64,000 bases of DNA from contig NC_068991.1 of NCBI RefSeq assembly GCF_001194135.2, forward strand, positions 43,169,124 through 43,233,123. Direction: 5' to 3'. The translations under genes and the position numbers were made by a program. Source of the DNA: Octopus bimaculoides (Eukaryota). This document shows, piece after piece, positions 12,869 to 28,378 of the stretch (the stretch's first letter is position 1; the number at the start of each line of letters is the position of its first letter). The notes under the pieces were generated by a model. That model saw nothing but the letters and a program-made list of their open reading frames with translations. It was not told the DNA's origin and made no database searches.

Positions 12869-14015
12869 TAGTTTGAACTGTAGTATTGTCTAACCAATTG
12901 AAATATTGCAACAGCTAACAATAAAATATAGAATTTGGAAAAAGGCTTTTTAGACTGTTTTTAATTCCTTTACTTGTTTCAGCCATTTGACTGCTGTCAT
13001 GCTGGAGCCCCGCCTTTAGTTGAGAAAGAAAGAAGGAACAAACGAACAAACGAATGAACAAATGACTGAACGAATGAATGAACGAATGAACAAGCAAGCA
13101 AGCATACATACGACAGGCTTCTTTCAGTTTCCGTCTACCAAATTCAATCACAAGGCTTTGGTTGGCCTGAGGCTATAGTAGAAGATACTCGCCCAAGGTA
13201 CCACACAGTGGGACTGAACCTGGAAACCATGTGGTAAGTGAGCAAGCTACTTACCACACAGCCACTCTTGTTATTAAGTCTTTGAGAACATTCACGTCTA
13301 TTTTTCAAAAATATATAATTTGAAAGTTTGCTTTTGTTTTGGACTGAAATTTTTTTGTATTCTAATTCGAACAAGTATTTTTTAAAGATTTTTTTTAAAG
13401 ATTCTAACATAACTTGATTTGAAATGGATATTCGTGGATATTTCAAACGTAGTCATGAAAATGACACTGTTCTTTCTCAGGAAAGCTCTAAAACAAGAGA
13501 TACAAAAAAATCAAACTAAGATCTTGTGTCTCCCTCAACTTCCATCATTTCTTATGAATCTGATGAATGTAATGAAAGCTTTCCTATACCAATTGATCAT
13601 GAAAATCACTGAAATAGGGTGAAAGGATTCTTTGGTAGTGAAATGTAAGCATCTACGGCGACTGTCTGGAAGATAAATTATTTGAAATGATACCTGAAAA
13701 AAAGTGCAATAAATGAACCGTCCCACTAAATGGAACAAGGGCAAAAATGGGTTTAATTGCATATTTTAAATTTATATTTCACTGCATGTTCTGTAGCTAT
13801 ACTTACACCCACACATTACACTTGTATCTTGTATCTGTATCACCTGTATCTGTTTGTCATAACCAAATACATGCAGCCCCAAGATGCATATTTATACTTG
13901 TCGATAAGGCCCTAAGTATTACATGCATATGTAACATTTGTAAATCTTGTATTAATCTTATACAATAAATTTCATGCTATTTTTACTGAGCACCTTGTAT
14001 TTCAGATCTCAAGTG

Positions 14016-15817
14016 ATGTTGTTCCGAAAGCATGAATCCAGTGCACAAAAGCGCAAAAAACGAGAGAAACTGGCAAACAATAGGAACCATATGGCTGGAA
14101 TTATGGACCAATTTATGCTACTATATACATCAGTGACATTACTATCATCAAATAGCAATGCACCACTGCCCGGAGTAGACAGGCAAGCAAATAACGATGG
14201 AAACACCAAGCAACAACAAATGCATGGATGCAATGAAAATTCACAGCAGGTTACTACATTTTCAGCAGTGGAGGGAAATGCAAAGGACCTATATGATGCA
14301 TTCTGTCAACAACCTTTATCTATTGCTGAAAATATGGTTGTGCAACAAGAAGCAGTCACTATCACTACTGACCCTGCATCTTGGCCAGAAACTATATCTG
14401 ATGGCATGCATATTGGCATTATGAAACTTGGAGCTGTTCAAATAAAAAAAATACAAGTTTCCTAAATCAAAAGGAAACTACAGATTCAATCCCGACTTCT
14501 ATTCTAAGATGCTACCAAATGGCAAAACAATAGTTTGAACGTGGCTTGTATATTCAATTTAGCAGAATATAGTTTCTGTTGCAAGCTGTTTGGTCACAGT
14601 AAAATGAGACTAACATCTGAAAGATTCAACAGTTGGCAATATTTGAGCAAAACCTTAAAAGAACATGAGAAATCAATGGCCCATAGACAGCACATGATGA
14701 AATGGAAGGAGCTTGAATTTTGCCTTAAAACAGCCTCAACTCTTGACAAACAGGCAATTGCAGAAAAGGAGAAAGCTCATTACCGCACAGTGTTAGAATG
14801 TATCTTGGCAATTGTTCTGTTTTTAGCAGAGAGGAATATGGTCTTTCGTGGTGTTTCCAATAGCTTCTACATCCATGGTAATGGAAATTTTTTAGGCGAA
14901 GTGCAGTTGCTTGCAAAGTTCAATCCCATTTTGGCAAAACACCAGCAGCATATTCAGAATGCAGAAACAGTGGCTTGTTATTTCGGACTTGATAGTCAAA
15001 ACGAATTGATATAACTCATTTCTGACCACATTTTGAAAGAAATCACCAATCACTCAAAGGTTGCTAAATACTACAGTATCATACTCGATTGCACACCAGA
15101 TATCAGCCATCAGGAGCAAATGACCATGATCATCCATTTCCTCAAACTTCAAAAAGACAAAACTAAAATCAAAGAGTACTTTGTTGGGTTTTTGAAAGTT
15201 ACTGACACAAGTGGAGCCGGACTTTTTGAATCGCTCTTAGAGAAGCTCGCTTCATTGGGGCTGGATCTAATGGATTGTAGAGGCCAAAGTTATGATAATG
15301 GCAGTAATATGAAGGAAAAACATTCTGGAGTCCAGGCAAGATTTCTACAGAAGAATCTGCAAGCGTTCTATTTACCTTGCATGAATCAGTCTTAACTTTA
15401 TTGTGTGTGATGCGGCAAGCTCATCAGTGACAGCTGTCTCTTTCTTTGGTTACTTCCAGCATGGATATTCATTTTTTGCAGCATCAACTTCTAGATAGAA
15501 CACTTTGAAGGAATTCTTCTCCATCAATGTGAAATATCCATCTGACACTCGCTGAGAAAGCAAAATTGAAAGCATAAAATTCCTTCAATTCAAAACCAAG
15601 GGCATTCATAGCGCATTTGATAAGCATTCATAATGCTTCAAAAGGTAAAGATTCCAAAGCTTACTCAGAAGCAAATGCATTAACTGCAGAAATTGCTTCC
15701 TTCCGCTTTCTTCTGTGTTTGGTAATATGGTACGATCAGCTAATTGACATCAATAAGGTCAGCAAGCTACTTCAGCATGAAAACATGCAAATTGACGTTG
15801 CCCATTGCTTCCACTAA
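14016..15817 (+). mobile_element. hAT (ZMYM1/DUF4371-like) transposase pseudogene
   Basis: N-terminus RKHESSAQKRKKR, then FRG..GNGNFLG..LLAKF, QNELI, YYSIILDCTPDISHQEQM, DCRGQSYDNGSNMK, FRFLLCLVIWYDQL..INKVSKLLQ. The reading frame is split by stops and frameshifts. Confidence 0.9.
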
Positions 15818-18089
15818 TTCAAAAATACATCAAACCTGGCTCAGTTATCTACAGTGATTCTTGGGTGGCTTACAAAGATATACACACACTGAGTTATTAG
15901 CATTACATGATAAACCAGAAAGAAAATTTTGTTGACACCACACATGCACACATACACACACAGAAAACATCAAACATTTTTGATGAGATTTAAAAGAATG
16001 GGTGAAAAGGCCCGGTATTCATTCAAACTATTTACACCAAGTACTCATTTATTTCTTCTGTAGAAAACAAAAAAAACTGCTGCCCCAATTTTTTATTAAG
16101 GCAGCAAAATTATATACACTCCTCTCAGATCGCCAATAAAGGATTGATTCCAGCACAAATCTGGAGACAGAAGATATACAGGACTGCCCTTTAACTGCAT
16201 AAGGTAAGTTAAATACTTTTCAAATTTTAAATTTTAAAGGTCAGTTGGTTGATATGTTTCANNNNNNNNNNNNNNNNNNNNNNNNNNNNNNNNNNNNNNN
16301 NNNNNNNNNNNNNNNNNNNNNNNNNNNNNNNNNNNNNNNNNNNNNNNNNNNNNNNNNNNNNNNNNNNNNNNNNNNNNNNNNNNNNNNNNNNNNNNNNNNN
16401 NNNNNNNNNNNNNNNNNNNNNNNNNNNNNNNNNNNNNNNNNNNNNNNNNNNNNNNNNNNNNNNNNNNNNNNNNNNNNNNNNNNNNNNNNNNNNNNNNNNN
16501 NNNNNNNNNNNNNNNNNNNNNNNNNNNNNNNNNNNNNNNNNNNNNNNNNNNNNNNNNNNNNNNNNNNNNNNNNNNNNNNNNNNNNNNNNNNNNNNNNNNN
16601 NNNNNNNNNNNNNNNNNNNNNNNNNNNNNNNNNNNNNNNNNNNNNNNNNNNNNNNNNNNNNNNNNNNNNNNNNNNNNNNNNNNNNNNNNNNNNNNNNNNN
16701 NNNNNNNNNNNNNNNNNNNNNNNNNNNNNNNNNNNNNNNNNNNNNNNNNNNNNNNNNNNNNNNNNNNNNNNNNNNNNNNNNNNNNNNNNNNNNNNNNNNN
16801 NNNNNNNNNNNNNNNNNNNNNNNNNNNNNNNNNNNNNNNNNNNNNNNNNNNNNNNNNNNNNNNNNNNNNNNNNNNNNNNNNNNNNNNNNNNNNNNNNNNN
16901 NNNNNNNNNNNNNNNNNNNNNNNNNNNNNNNNNNNNNNNNNNNNNNNNNNNNNNTACAAGATCAACTAAGATGACTGCACCAAAAAAAAAATGCGAGAAA
17001 AATATTATTTACTACTGAAATCGAGCTGGGTGTGGAACTAAAAAAATTACCTGAACTTCTTTGCATACAGTTGTTATTTTGAAATGCTAGTCTTCGGATA
17101 ATTGCAAGTTCATTGAATAAATATTCAGCCCTATTAAGTGTTGGCCTTCCTAAACGTGAAATAATACAATAGTTCCAGCCCTAAATAAATTTAACTTGTA
17201 CTTTTCAATATGTTCTTTAGGATAACGTGAAATATTGAACTTCAGATAGAATAAAGTAAAATATAACTATGAATAAAAAGTGTGTAGGTTATGAATTTTG
17301 ATTGAAGAGATGGGGCCTCTAAAAGACATCTCAGAATATCACTAACAGCATCAGTGGAGTCACAGTCTTGCTCTCTAGTGATTTCTGACAAACTCAGTCA
17401 ATTCATTAAAAAGGCACCCCTGCTGATGATTTGAAAATATGCCTCGAAGAATTCTATAATCAAAGACAAGATGCAAAAACTTAATCAATCTGCCAACATG
17501 TGAGTTGTACTTAAAGAGGTCTCAGCAGCCCTGTTTACAAATTTTGAGGAAATCATCAACTAAGAGTAAAAATGTCAAAATATCAAAACCTTGTGGAGCA
17601 ATCACCAACACAACTCCTCACATCAGTCACTCATAGATAGACATCATCATCATCGTTTAACATCCGTTTTCCATGCTGGCATGAGTTGGACGGTTTGACT
17701 GAGGTCTGGAGAGCCAGCAGCTGCACCAGACTCCAGATAAATAATCGTTCATAGAAATATATAAACCTGGAGATCCACGTTTCATGCTGGCATAGGTTGG
17801 ACAGTTTAACAGGATTTGATGTGTCCAAAGACTGAATTATGTTCCAATGTTTGCTTTGGAATGGTTTCTAAGTTGGATGACCTTCCTAGCACCAACCAAT
17901 TTACAGCATTGACAGGGTACATTTTTTCATGTTACTTGCACTATTGATGTTGCTACACAGTTCATAGGATATAAACCCTGAAGTTGATGGTGATGGGGTC
18001 AGCTTCATGATAGGAGACAATGGGATTACTATATGAAAGGGAGAGCAGTGCAGGTTCTTGTAGAGGGATCTGCATGGTTACTCACATCT

Positions 18090-18520
18090 AATAAGGGAAA
18101 GTTGGAGAGAGAAAGAAAAGAATGATGAGTAGGGGATGCAAGAGATAGATAATGGTAATAAGGGACCCAGGTGGCCTCACAAGGCACAAACTAAGTAGAG
18201 TGGGTGGTGGACAGTTTGCAACATTGTATAAGAAGGAAAATAATGGGATAAGGAGCAGACTACGAAAATGGGTAGAACTGAAGGGTGGATGAACAAAGAA
18301 CAATGAGCTGGGGAAAACAGGGATGTAGAAGAGAGAGTGGGGGTGGTTAGCAGCAGGAGTAGTAAGATGAAACAGTTTCCAGGGAGAAGGACAAGAGAGG
18401 AAGATAACATAGTTGGGTAGTCTGGGAGAGGCAGACAATGCATGAGAAGGAGACAGTCATTGTAACATGGGTGGAGAGCACAAAATAAAGCACATCCACA
18501 ACTCGGTTTTGCTAAATAGG
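18090..18520 (-). mobile_element. Highly decayed PLE-like fragment
   Basis: Purine-rich plus strand. The minus translation (HALSASPRLP...) loosely resembles the PLE at 33975-34640. Confidence 0.35.
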
Positions 18521-19468
18521 ACAAGTTTTTTGGAGAACCTCATATTGCCAGAAATCCCAGTTGTTGGTCACCTCTTCTGTCAAGCTTAGGGTTCTCAGGT
18601 CAACCTTCACCACTTTATCCCATATCTGCCTGAGATTCCATCTTCTACAAGTTCCAACCACATAAATGATCAACACATCTTTATACAGTTGTCCTTATCC
18701 ACATGCATCTCATGTCCATACCAGTATAGTCTTCCTTCTTGAACACAACATCTGATTCCTCTTCTGCCCGGTTTTTCATTCACCACCTTTGCACTAATTC
18801 TTTCACACACACACTTGAGAGAGAACAAAAAAAATGAAGAGAGAAAAAAATATGTAGAGATTAACAGTTCAACATGATATATATCAAGAGGAGCCCATCT
18901 CTAATTGTAAAGAGTAGACCCAGGAAGATGAGGGATGAGGTGGTGAAAAAGGATCTTCAGACATTGGGACTCAAAGAGGATGACAGAAGACCGAGACTCC
19001 TGGTGGTTTGAGAAAACACACCAAGCTAAGTAAAAGCATGGTTGTCCTTGCAGACAGGCCTGTCTCCTGCATCCCTCTCAAGCTGATCATTCCTAATCTT
19101 ACAGGCTTGTGGGTGCCACATAAAAAGCATCCATGCTGGTGCTGCATAAATGCATCCAGTACACTCTGTAAAGTGGATGGCGTTAGGAAGGGCATCCAGC
19201 TGTAGAAACCATGCCAAAATAGACATGGAGCCTGGGCAGCTCTTCAACTCGCCAACTCCTATCAAGCTGTCTAACCCATGCCAGCATGGAAAATGGTCGT
19301 TAAAGGATGATGATGATAATCACACACACACACACACACACACACACAACAGACTTCTTTCAGTATCTGTCAAGCAAATCCACTCACAAGGCTTTAGATA
19401 CTTACCCAAAAATTGCCAAACCACATGTTTGGAAAGTGAACTTCTTAACCACACAGCCATGCCTTTTA

Positions 19469-19660
<192 letters not shown>

Positions 19661-21064
19661 TTAAAATTTCCCAGTCTACCCATTTCAACTAGCCACATAT
19701 TTCAAGATATCATTAATAAATAAAGCAAAGAAATATTGAAAAGTTAAACAAAATTTACAGAACTTCCTTTCAAATGGCTTGCATTTATTTTTAATCTGTA
19801 TTAATGTGTGGTGTATTTGTTTTGTTTTTGTTCTTTTATCTTTTACTTGTTTCAGTCACTAGACTGCAGCCATGCTTTGGGCATTGCCTTGAAGAATTTT
19901 TAGTCGAATGAATTGACTCCAGTATTTTTTAAGCCTGGTACTTCTTCTAGCAATCTCTTTTGCCAAACTGCTAAGTTGCAGAGACATAAACACACCAACA
20001 CCAGTTGCCAAGCAACAGAGTGGGGAACAAACACAGACACACACAGATGTATATATATATATATATATATNNNNNNNNNNNNNNNNNNNNNNNNNNNNNN
20101 NNNNNNNNNNNNNNNNNNNNNNNNNNNNNNNNNNNNNNNNNNNNNNNNNNNNNNNNNNNNNNNNNNNNNNNNNNNNNNNNNNNNNNNNNNNNNNNNNNNN
20201 NNNNNNNNNNNNNNNNNNNNNNNNNNNNNNNNNNNNNNNNNNNNNNNNNNNNNNNNNNNNNNNNNNNNNNNNNNNNNNNNNNNNNNNNNNNNNNNNNNNN
20301 NNNNNNNNNNNNNNNNNNNNNNNNNNNNNNNNNNNNNNNNNNNNNNNNNNNNNNNNNNNNNNNNNNNNNNNNNNNNNNNNNNNNNNNNNNNNNNNNNNNN
20401 NNNNNNNNNNNNNNNNNNNNNNNNNNNNNNNNNNNNNNNNNNNNNNNNNNNNNNNNNNNNNNNNNNNNNNNNNNNNNNNNNNNNNNNNNNNNNNNNNNNN
20501 NNNNNNNNNNNNNNNNNNNNNNNNNNNNNNNNNNNNNNNNNNNNNNNNNNNNNNNNNNNNNNNNNNNNNNNNNNNNNNNNNNNNNNNNNNNNNNNNNNNN
20601 NNNNNNNNNNNNNNNNNNNNNNNNNNNNNNNNNNNNNNNNNNNNNNNNNNNNNNNNNNNNNNNNNNNNNNNNNNNNNNNNNNNNNNNNNNNNNNNNNNNN
20701 NNNNNNNNNNNNNNNNNNNNNNNNNNNNNNNNNNNNNNNNNNNNNNNNNNNNNNNNNNNNNNNNNNNNNNNNNNNNNNNNNNNNNNNNNNNNNNNNNNNN
20801 NNNNNNNNNNNNNNNNNNNNNNNNNNNNNNNNNNNNNNNNNNNNNNNNNNNNNNNNNNNNNNNNNNNNNNNNNNNNNNNNNNNNNNNNNNNNNNNNNNNN
20901 NNNNNNNNNNNNNNNNNNNNNNNNNNNNNNNNNNNNNNNNNNNNNNNNNNNNNNNNNNNNNNNNNNNNNNNNNNNNNNNNNNNNNNNNNNNNNNNNNNNN
21001 NNNNNNNNNNNNNNNNNNNNNNNNNNNNNNNNNNNNNNNNNNNNNNNNNNNNNNNNNNNNNNNN

Positions 21065-21116
<52 letters not shown>

Positions 21117-24100
21117 GATGGTCGTCTTTCAGCTTCCGTCTACCAAATCCACTCACAAGGTTTTGGTCTGCTTGAGGCTATAGTAGAACACATTTGCCCA
21201 AGGTGTCACACAGTGCGACTGAACCTGGAACCATGTGGTTGGGAAACAAACTTCTTACCATGCAGCCATACCAGCGACTTGTTGAGTGTCTTATATATTT
21301 TCACAGATTTTAGATATCTGCATGTGAATTGTTATAACAAGTGTGTCATAGATAGTTGAATATCACTTCTAGTACTAAGCACTCAATCACAAAGTAGAGA
21401 TTGTCACCAATGCAAACATAGGTAATGGTTGTAGCAAGGTTTGGGTACTTGACAGCAAGATTAGTGGATTAACACACTGCAGAATAATGGTAAATGTTGC
21501 TTTTGCTGGTTCATGCATAAATATTACATTATACATTTTTTTTTTTTAAGTATATGAAAAGAAATGTTAAAACTAATTTTTAAAGACTCATAATCAAATT
21601 TAACCCTTTAGCATTCAGACTTCTTTATCGAGCATATTGCTTATTTATTCATATTGTTTTGAATTAATTACACATTATCTTGTAACTTCAAGATTTCAAG
21701 TCATCATCATTATCATCATCATCATCATCATCATTTAACGTCCACCTTCCATGTTGGCATGGGTTGGAGAGTTTGACAGGACCTGGCCAGGCAGGAGCCT
21801 GCATCAGACTTCTGTATCTGTTTTCACATGGTTTTTACTGCCGGATACCCTTCCTAACACCAACCACCCAGCAGGGTGGACACACACAGTAGAGAAAATG
21901 ATTAAAGTATCATCATGATTTAATGCCCACCTTCCATGCAGGCGTGCCAAAGGGCTGCACCAAGCTCCACTGTCAGCTTTGACATGGTTTTTACAGCCAG
22001 ATGCCCTTCCTAATGCCAACCACTTTACAGAGTGGACTGGGTGCATTTTACATGGTACTAGCAAGGTCACCATATAACTGGCAAGATAAAGATTTCTCAA
22101 CTGAGACAGGGAGTGATATTGAGGGAGGTGGCTTTGTACCATGTGAAAAGAAGTTAAACTACAATAGAGGAACAGAAACAAGTGTCTTGCCATAGAGGAG
22201 GTACATGGTTAATCCAGTTGGAGTGAGTGAGACAGATGGTGGTGATATGTCAGGGAATACTCTGAAGGTATAAGGATGTGAATAGAAATGGAATGGTAGG
22301 GGATTGCTCAATAGAAAAAGCAACTGGACCAACAGGTACAGTGACTGAAATGCTGAATGTACCAGGTAGAAGGGTAGATTGTGTGCATCATCAATCAGAT
22401 AGTTGCTATAGCAGTATTATTAACTACTACAAAAGTAAAAGGAAATATAAGAGAGAGAGATGATATTATGATACCATATATTTGATTGATCAAGTATCAA
22501 TGTGAATTAGAACAGAATTAAAAACCATATTAAGAAAAATATTTCCAAAATACATAATCATAGAGTTCAAAAGATTTTAAAACTAAGAATTTCACCCTAA
22601 ACACCAATAAGGTAGATTACAACAAGGTCCAGTGATTTCAATTCACTCCAGATTGAAATTATTGCATTAGAGCAACACAATGGTTCTTACCAAACTAGAG
22701 CGAGCTGGTTTCTACCAACATCTACCTGCAGTTTTCTGTAGAATAAGTCAAGCTAGGAACATATTCAATTCAAATCTCTACAGCAAACCAGTTTGATCTA
22801 GGATTGCTTGTTTCAGAGTAAACTACAGGAGTTGATTGACCATGTGATAAAGTCATTGCAAGAGTTACAGTGCAACTGGGTAAGAACGGAATTAATTTAG
22901 ATAAGACGGTTTGACTTGGTCCAATTAAAAAGATACTATCAATGTCCTCTTGTTGGTGAAACAACTGCAGGAGAAATATTAGCTAAAAGTAAACTGTTGT
23001 ACCTTCCATATATTGACCTGGAGAAGGCTTTTGATAGTCTCATGATATAGTATGTGGTGAGTGTTGAGTGTGATTGTTTATTTTTAGAATGACATTGTAG
23101 GGTAAGTGTGAGGGGTTGGATCTGGTTAGTTTTAACATAAAACAGATAGAATGTTTGAGAAAGATGTGGCTGAATGAAATGCTAAAGGGTAGTACTAAGA
23201 CAAGTTGAAGGAAAAAATTTAAATCTTGATAAGCAATTTATCTCACACGTAGATATAATAGCATAGTCAAACATGAATTGTTTGCATTTTCTGCTATTTG
23301 TAAACATCAGTAAAACCCAGTATCAAGCGATTAGATCTGTTTCACAGCAGGAAGGAAATTACATTTGTAATATTCACATTTTCTAAAGACTAAGGCAGTG
23401 AGCTGATAGAATCGTTAGCACACCCACCAGGTAAAATTTTTAGCAGAATGTCATCTGTCTTTACATTCCAGGTTCAAATTCCACTGAGGTTGACCTTGTC
23501 TTTCATCCTTTCAGGGTCAATAAAATGAGTACCAGTTGAAGAAACCCCTCCCAAAAAATTGCTGGCTTTCTGCTGAAAATATGAAGCTAATATTCACGTT
23601 TTCTAAAGAGTATTAGTAACATAAATAAAATGAAATGGTTTAAAACTGGGTATCAAATTGCTTGAAGCCATTCCTAATGTATAGTGTTAATAGTCACTTA
23701 TACACACACATTCACATATGTATATATATATATATATTAATATAAAGCATTAATTCCCAACTATGACTTTTGCTGCCCTTACACATAAGCACAGGCATGG
23801 GTGTGTGGTTAAGAAGTTAACCTTACAGTCACATGATGTTAGGTTCAGTCCCGCTGTATGATACCTTGGGTAAGCATCTACTACACCCCTGAAGTCAATC
23901 AATGCTTTGTGAGTGAATTTGATTGATGGTAATATTAAATTTGTGTTCATCACTATCAGGACATAAATTAAGATATTTAGTTTATTTTTTATCTTTTACT
24001 CGTTTCAGTCATGAGACTGTGGTCATGCTGGGGCACCACTTTGAAGTATTTTAGTCAGGCATATCAACCCTAGTACTTTTTTTTGAAACTTGGTACTTAT

Positions 24101-25139
24101 TCTATCAGTCTCTTTTACCAAACCACTAAGTTACAGGGATGTAAAGACACCAACACCAGTCATTAAGCAGTGGTGGGGGACAAACACAGACACAAAGGAA
24201 AACACACACACACACACACATATACAGAGTGGGCTTCATTCAGTTTCCATCTACCAGATCCACACACAAGGCTTTGGTCTGTCTGAGGCTATAGTAGAAA
24301 ATACTTTCCCAAAGTGCCATGCAGTGGGACTTGAACCCAGAACCATGTGGTTAGGAAGCAGTCTTCTTACCACACAGTCACACCTGTAGAAATATTAAGA
24401 GCAACTATGGAATGAAAATTATAAATAGCTAGGCTTATTGAACTTAAGGGTTTCAAATATGCAACACCACTACTGACATGATGCACTTCTTGTGCAACAT
24501 TGTAAGGTTTTCAATATCATTTGTAGTAGCAGATTGGTGTGAAGAGGGCAAGAGAAGGAAAAAGAGAAAATTTAATGACAGCTGATAGTTTATAGCACTA
24601 AGAGAAAATCCTTTTAAATAATATATATTTATGGTAAAATAACAAACATGTCCATAAGTGACAGAGATTCCTTAGTTTTAATCCCAGGTTCAGTAATTCT
24701 AAATAGATAAGAGATGACTCTTACCCCTCCTGGGTAAGAAAGATATGAGTTTGAGCTCTCTCAAGGATTCAAGCTATAAATATAAATACCACCAGTGTTG
24801 GGTTGTATCCTTTATTAAATTGCATTGTTTTAACTTAGCTGGAAATAGGTGCTCCTACAATTCATTCAATTATCCTCATTTATTTAAGTGTTGTTGTTTT
24901 ATCTTTTAAAGTAGAATTCTTTCTTTCTCTCTCTTTTTTTTTAATAGCAAATAAATACTGAAAATCAAGTTCTTCAATTCTAAATTGTTGCAACTACTGG
25001 ACATTTGATTGAAACCTAAATTATGTTTGATATGGAACATTGTTAGGAATTTTTACCTACATGCTAGTCTGTTTCACTTATCTCTCTCTCTCTCTCTGTT
25101 TTTATATATATAGACAGTTTCCATTACTTAGGGTGTTCT

Positions 25140-25945
25140 GAAAGTATAGCTACCAGAATAAGAACAGGCTCGGCAAAGTTCAGAGAGCTACTACCTCTGT
25201 TGATAAAAATGGGCCTCTCCTTCAGCATGTATGATGCCTGTGTATAAACAGCTATGCTGCATGGCAGTGAGGCATGGGCTGTGACTACTGAGGACATGCA
25301 AATACTTGAAAGAAATGAAGCCAGTATGCTCTGTTCAATGAGTAATGTCAGTGTGCTTATATGACACAATGTAAGTGATTTGAGAGAAAAATTGGGTATA
25401 CAAGGCATCAGATATAGTGTGCAAGAGAGAAGATTGTGCTGGTACAGTCATGTAATGCATATGATTGAAGACAGATGCATCAAGAGGTGGCAATCTCTAA
25501 TTTTGGAGGGAACATGTAGAAGGAGCAGACCCAGGAAAATGTGGGACGAAATGGTGAGAAAGGATCTTCAGATGTTGGAACTCACAGAGAGGAGGACAGA
25601 GAACCGAGACTTCTGTACTTTGCTGTACTTGAGAAGACATGTCAAGCTAAGTAAAATCATGATTGTCCTTGCATATAGGCATGTCCTCTGCATTCCTCTT
25701 CTGTTGAGCATTCCTAATCTTGCAGGTTGATGGGTGCTGGTGCCATGTAAAATGCACCCTTACTGGTACCACATAAAAGCACCCATGCCAGTGCTGTGTA
25801 AAAGCACCCAGTACATTCTGTAAAGTGGTTGATAATATTAGGAAAGGCATCCAGCTGTAGAAACAGACATAGAGCCTGAGTAGCTCTTCAGCTAACCATC
25901 TCCTGTCAAACTGCCCAATCCATGCCAGCATGGACATTAAATGAT
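25140..25945 (+). mobile_element. RTE LINE 3' fragment
   Basis: MLHGSEAWAVT..ERNEASML..REKLGIQGIRYSVQERRLCWYSHVMHM..GRPRK-like C-terminus, followed by the RTE tail. Confidence 0.85.
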
Positions 25946-27589
25946 AATTATATATATATATATATATATATAACTCAAACCAGCATGGAAAACAGATGCT
26001 GAATGATGATGATGATGTAATTTTTTTTTCCCAAATAAATTGCAATTCATATTCAAGGCTCCAATGAAGTTCTAAGGTGTTATTCAGGCACTAACTACGA
26101 GTTCACTGTATCTCATAGCAGAAACATCTGTAACCTAATGAAGTTCATAAGCTAATCATTTATTCCTTTCTCATTTTATTTTCTTATTACTATTTTATAC
26201 TTGTCTAACACTTCATTCTGAAGTATACAGATATTTAGTTCTACACCAGGTTATTAGTCTCACAATGCCTAAAGGAAATAGGAGTGGCTGCGTGGTAAGT
26301 AGCTTGCTTACCAACCACATGGTTCCAGGTTCAGTCCCATTGCATGGCACCGTGGGCAAGTATCTTCTACTATAGCCTCGGGCCAACCAAAGCCTTGAGA
26401 TTGAACTTGGTAGACGGAAACTGAAAGAAGCCTGTTGTATGTATGCTTGCTTGCTTATTCATTCATTCATTCATTCATTTGTTCGTTCGTTCCTTCTTTC
26501 TTTCTCGACTAAAGACGGTGCTCCAGCATGACAGCAGTCAAATGGCTGAAACAAGTTGTGAGTGGATTTGGTAGACGGAAACTGAAAGAAGCCCGTCGTA
26601 TATATGTTTTGTGTGTGTGTGTGTCTGTATGTATGTGTGTGTTTGTGAGTCTGTGTTTGTCCCCCCCAACATTGCTTGACCACCGATGGTGGTGTGTTTA
26701 TGTCCCCATAACTTAGCAGTTCGGCAAAAGAGACCGATAGAATAAGTACTAGGCTTACAAAGAATAAGTGCTAGGGCCGATTTGTTCGACTAAAGGTGGT
26801 GCTCCAGCATGGCTGCAATCAAATGACTGAAACGGATAAAAGAATAAAAGAATATATATATGTATGTATATATGTATTCATACATTTAAACACACACACA
26901 CACACACACACACACGTATATATATATATATCTGCACATATACACATATATATATACAATTGACGATTGCCACATCTTATCAAATGACAGCCGTCTCATA
27001 TTCAGCCAGACTTTTCTGATTTACTTTCATCCTTGCATGTACATGGACATGACTTTTCAGGACAGCCAATGACTGACATGGTACTAGACACAAGTGATAA
27101 ATGTGATCTTGTGTCTGCACAGGATTAATTTCATTAGTTTGTGGCAGATGTTGGTGATAAACCAGGATTGGTTTTGCATGCCTTGTTGCAGACTGGACAA
27201 GTAGTGGGGCCTAATGATTCTCATGGGTCTTCGGGTGATTTACATAGTTACAAAGCCTGATTTACAGAGGACACATTAGTGAAGATTACTGTTCCAGTTA
27301 TCTGTGTTACTAGTGTCTGCTAACTCGCCTTTTCTTAGAGTTCTCTTCAGTTTAGCATACATCGCTCTTCCTTTATCCAACATTTTACATGTTGACATAG
27401 TTCTCCAATTACATACGTATGTATACATATACACACACACACACACATATATAACATAGATATAAACATACGTATAGGGATGCACAGCTCCAAAATGTCA
27501 ATACAAAAAGTTAGCTGAGAGTTACACCTCCCCAAAAGCACAGTTTGCAAGATCCTACACAAACACCTAAAGTTTCACACTTACAAGCT

Positions 27590-28378
27590 GCAATTAGTCC
27601 AAAACTCCATCCGAAAGATGATGGCATGTGATTTGAATTTTGTGAAAATATCCAGCAATTAATGGAAGATAATAATAACCTGCTGTCAAAAATAATTTTC
27701 AGTGATGATGCAATATTTCACTTGAACAACTAAGTCAATAAGCATAATGTGCGGATATGGGGGCTTCAATATCCACATGCTACCCAGGAAATTGAGCAAG
27801 ACTCACCAAAAGTTAATGTGTTTTGTGCCATATCAGAGAGAGCAGCGTATGGCCCTTTCTTCGTTGAGGGAGGAACTGTTTCTAGTCAAAGTTACCAGGA
27901 GACACTGACCAATTGGATGTTTTCACAACTAGTTGCTGAGGGTGATGACTACCTTTTCCAGCAAGTTGGTGCTCCACCACACTGGCGTCTCACTGTCAGG
28001 AGATTTCTCACAGATAGATTGGTTGTGCTGGACAAGATGATCAGGTGTTCTGCAAGTGGCCTGCAGTGGGTACATGAAGAGCACAGTTTACATACCACCA
28101 CTACCTGCAACCCTGGAGGAGCTGAAAATTTCAATCACTGAAGCAAGTTCACATGGTAACTCCAGAAATGCTACTGAGCATCTGGAACAAACTGGATTAT
28201 CGCATCGATGTTTTCCAAGCAACCACAGCAACACACATTGAATGCCTTTAATGCTACCCTCTACCACAGGAAACTGAATGAAATTCTGCATCTGAAGCTA
28301 CTAACTGTGAAAGATTATTACAATAAATTTACATATTATATCTGTTTGAAATCAGGGAGTCTTTTGTGGATACCCTGT
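27590..28378 (+). mobile_element. Tc1/mariner superfamily (DDxD-type) transposase remnant
   Basis: IIFSDDAIFHL..VNKHNVRIWG..DSPKVNVFCAI..YGPFF..FQQVGAPPHW. The right end GTGGATACCCTG-TA resembles a TIR followed by TA. Confidence 0.8.

Noticed and set aside
13560-13583. CTGATGA...GAAAGCTTTC as a hammerhead
   Set aside because: Stem II is only 2 bp and stem I does not pair. It lies in what looks like decayed transposase coding sequence.
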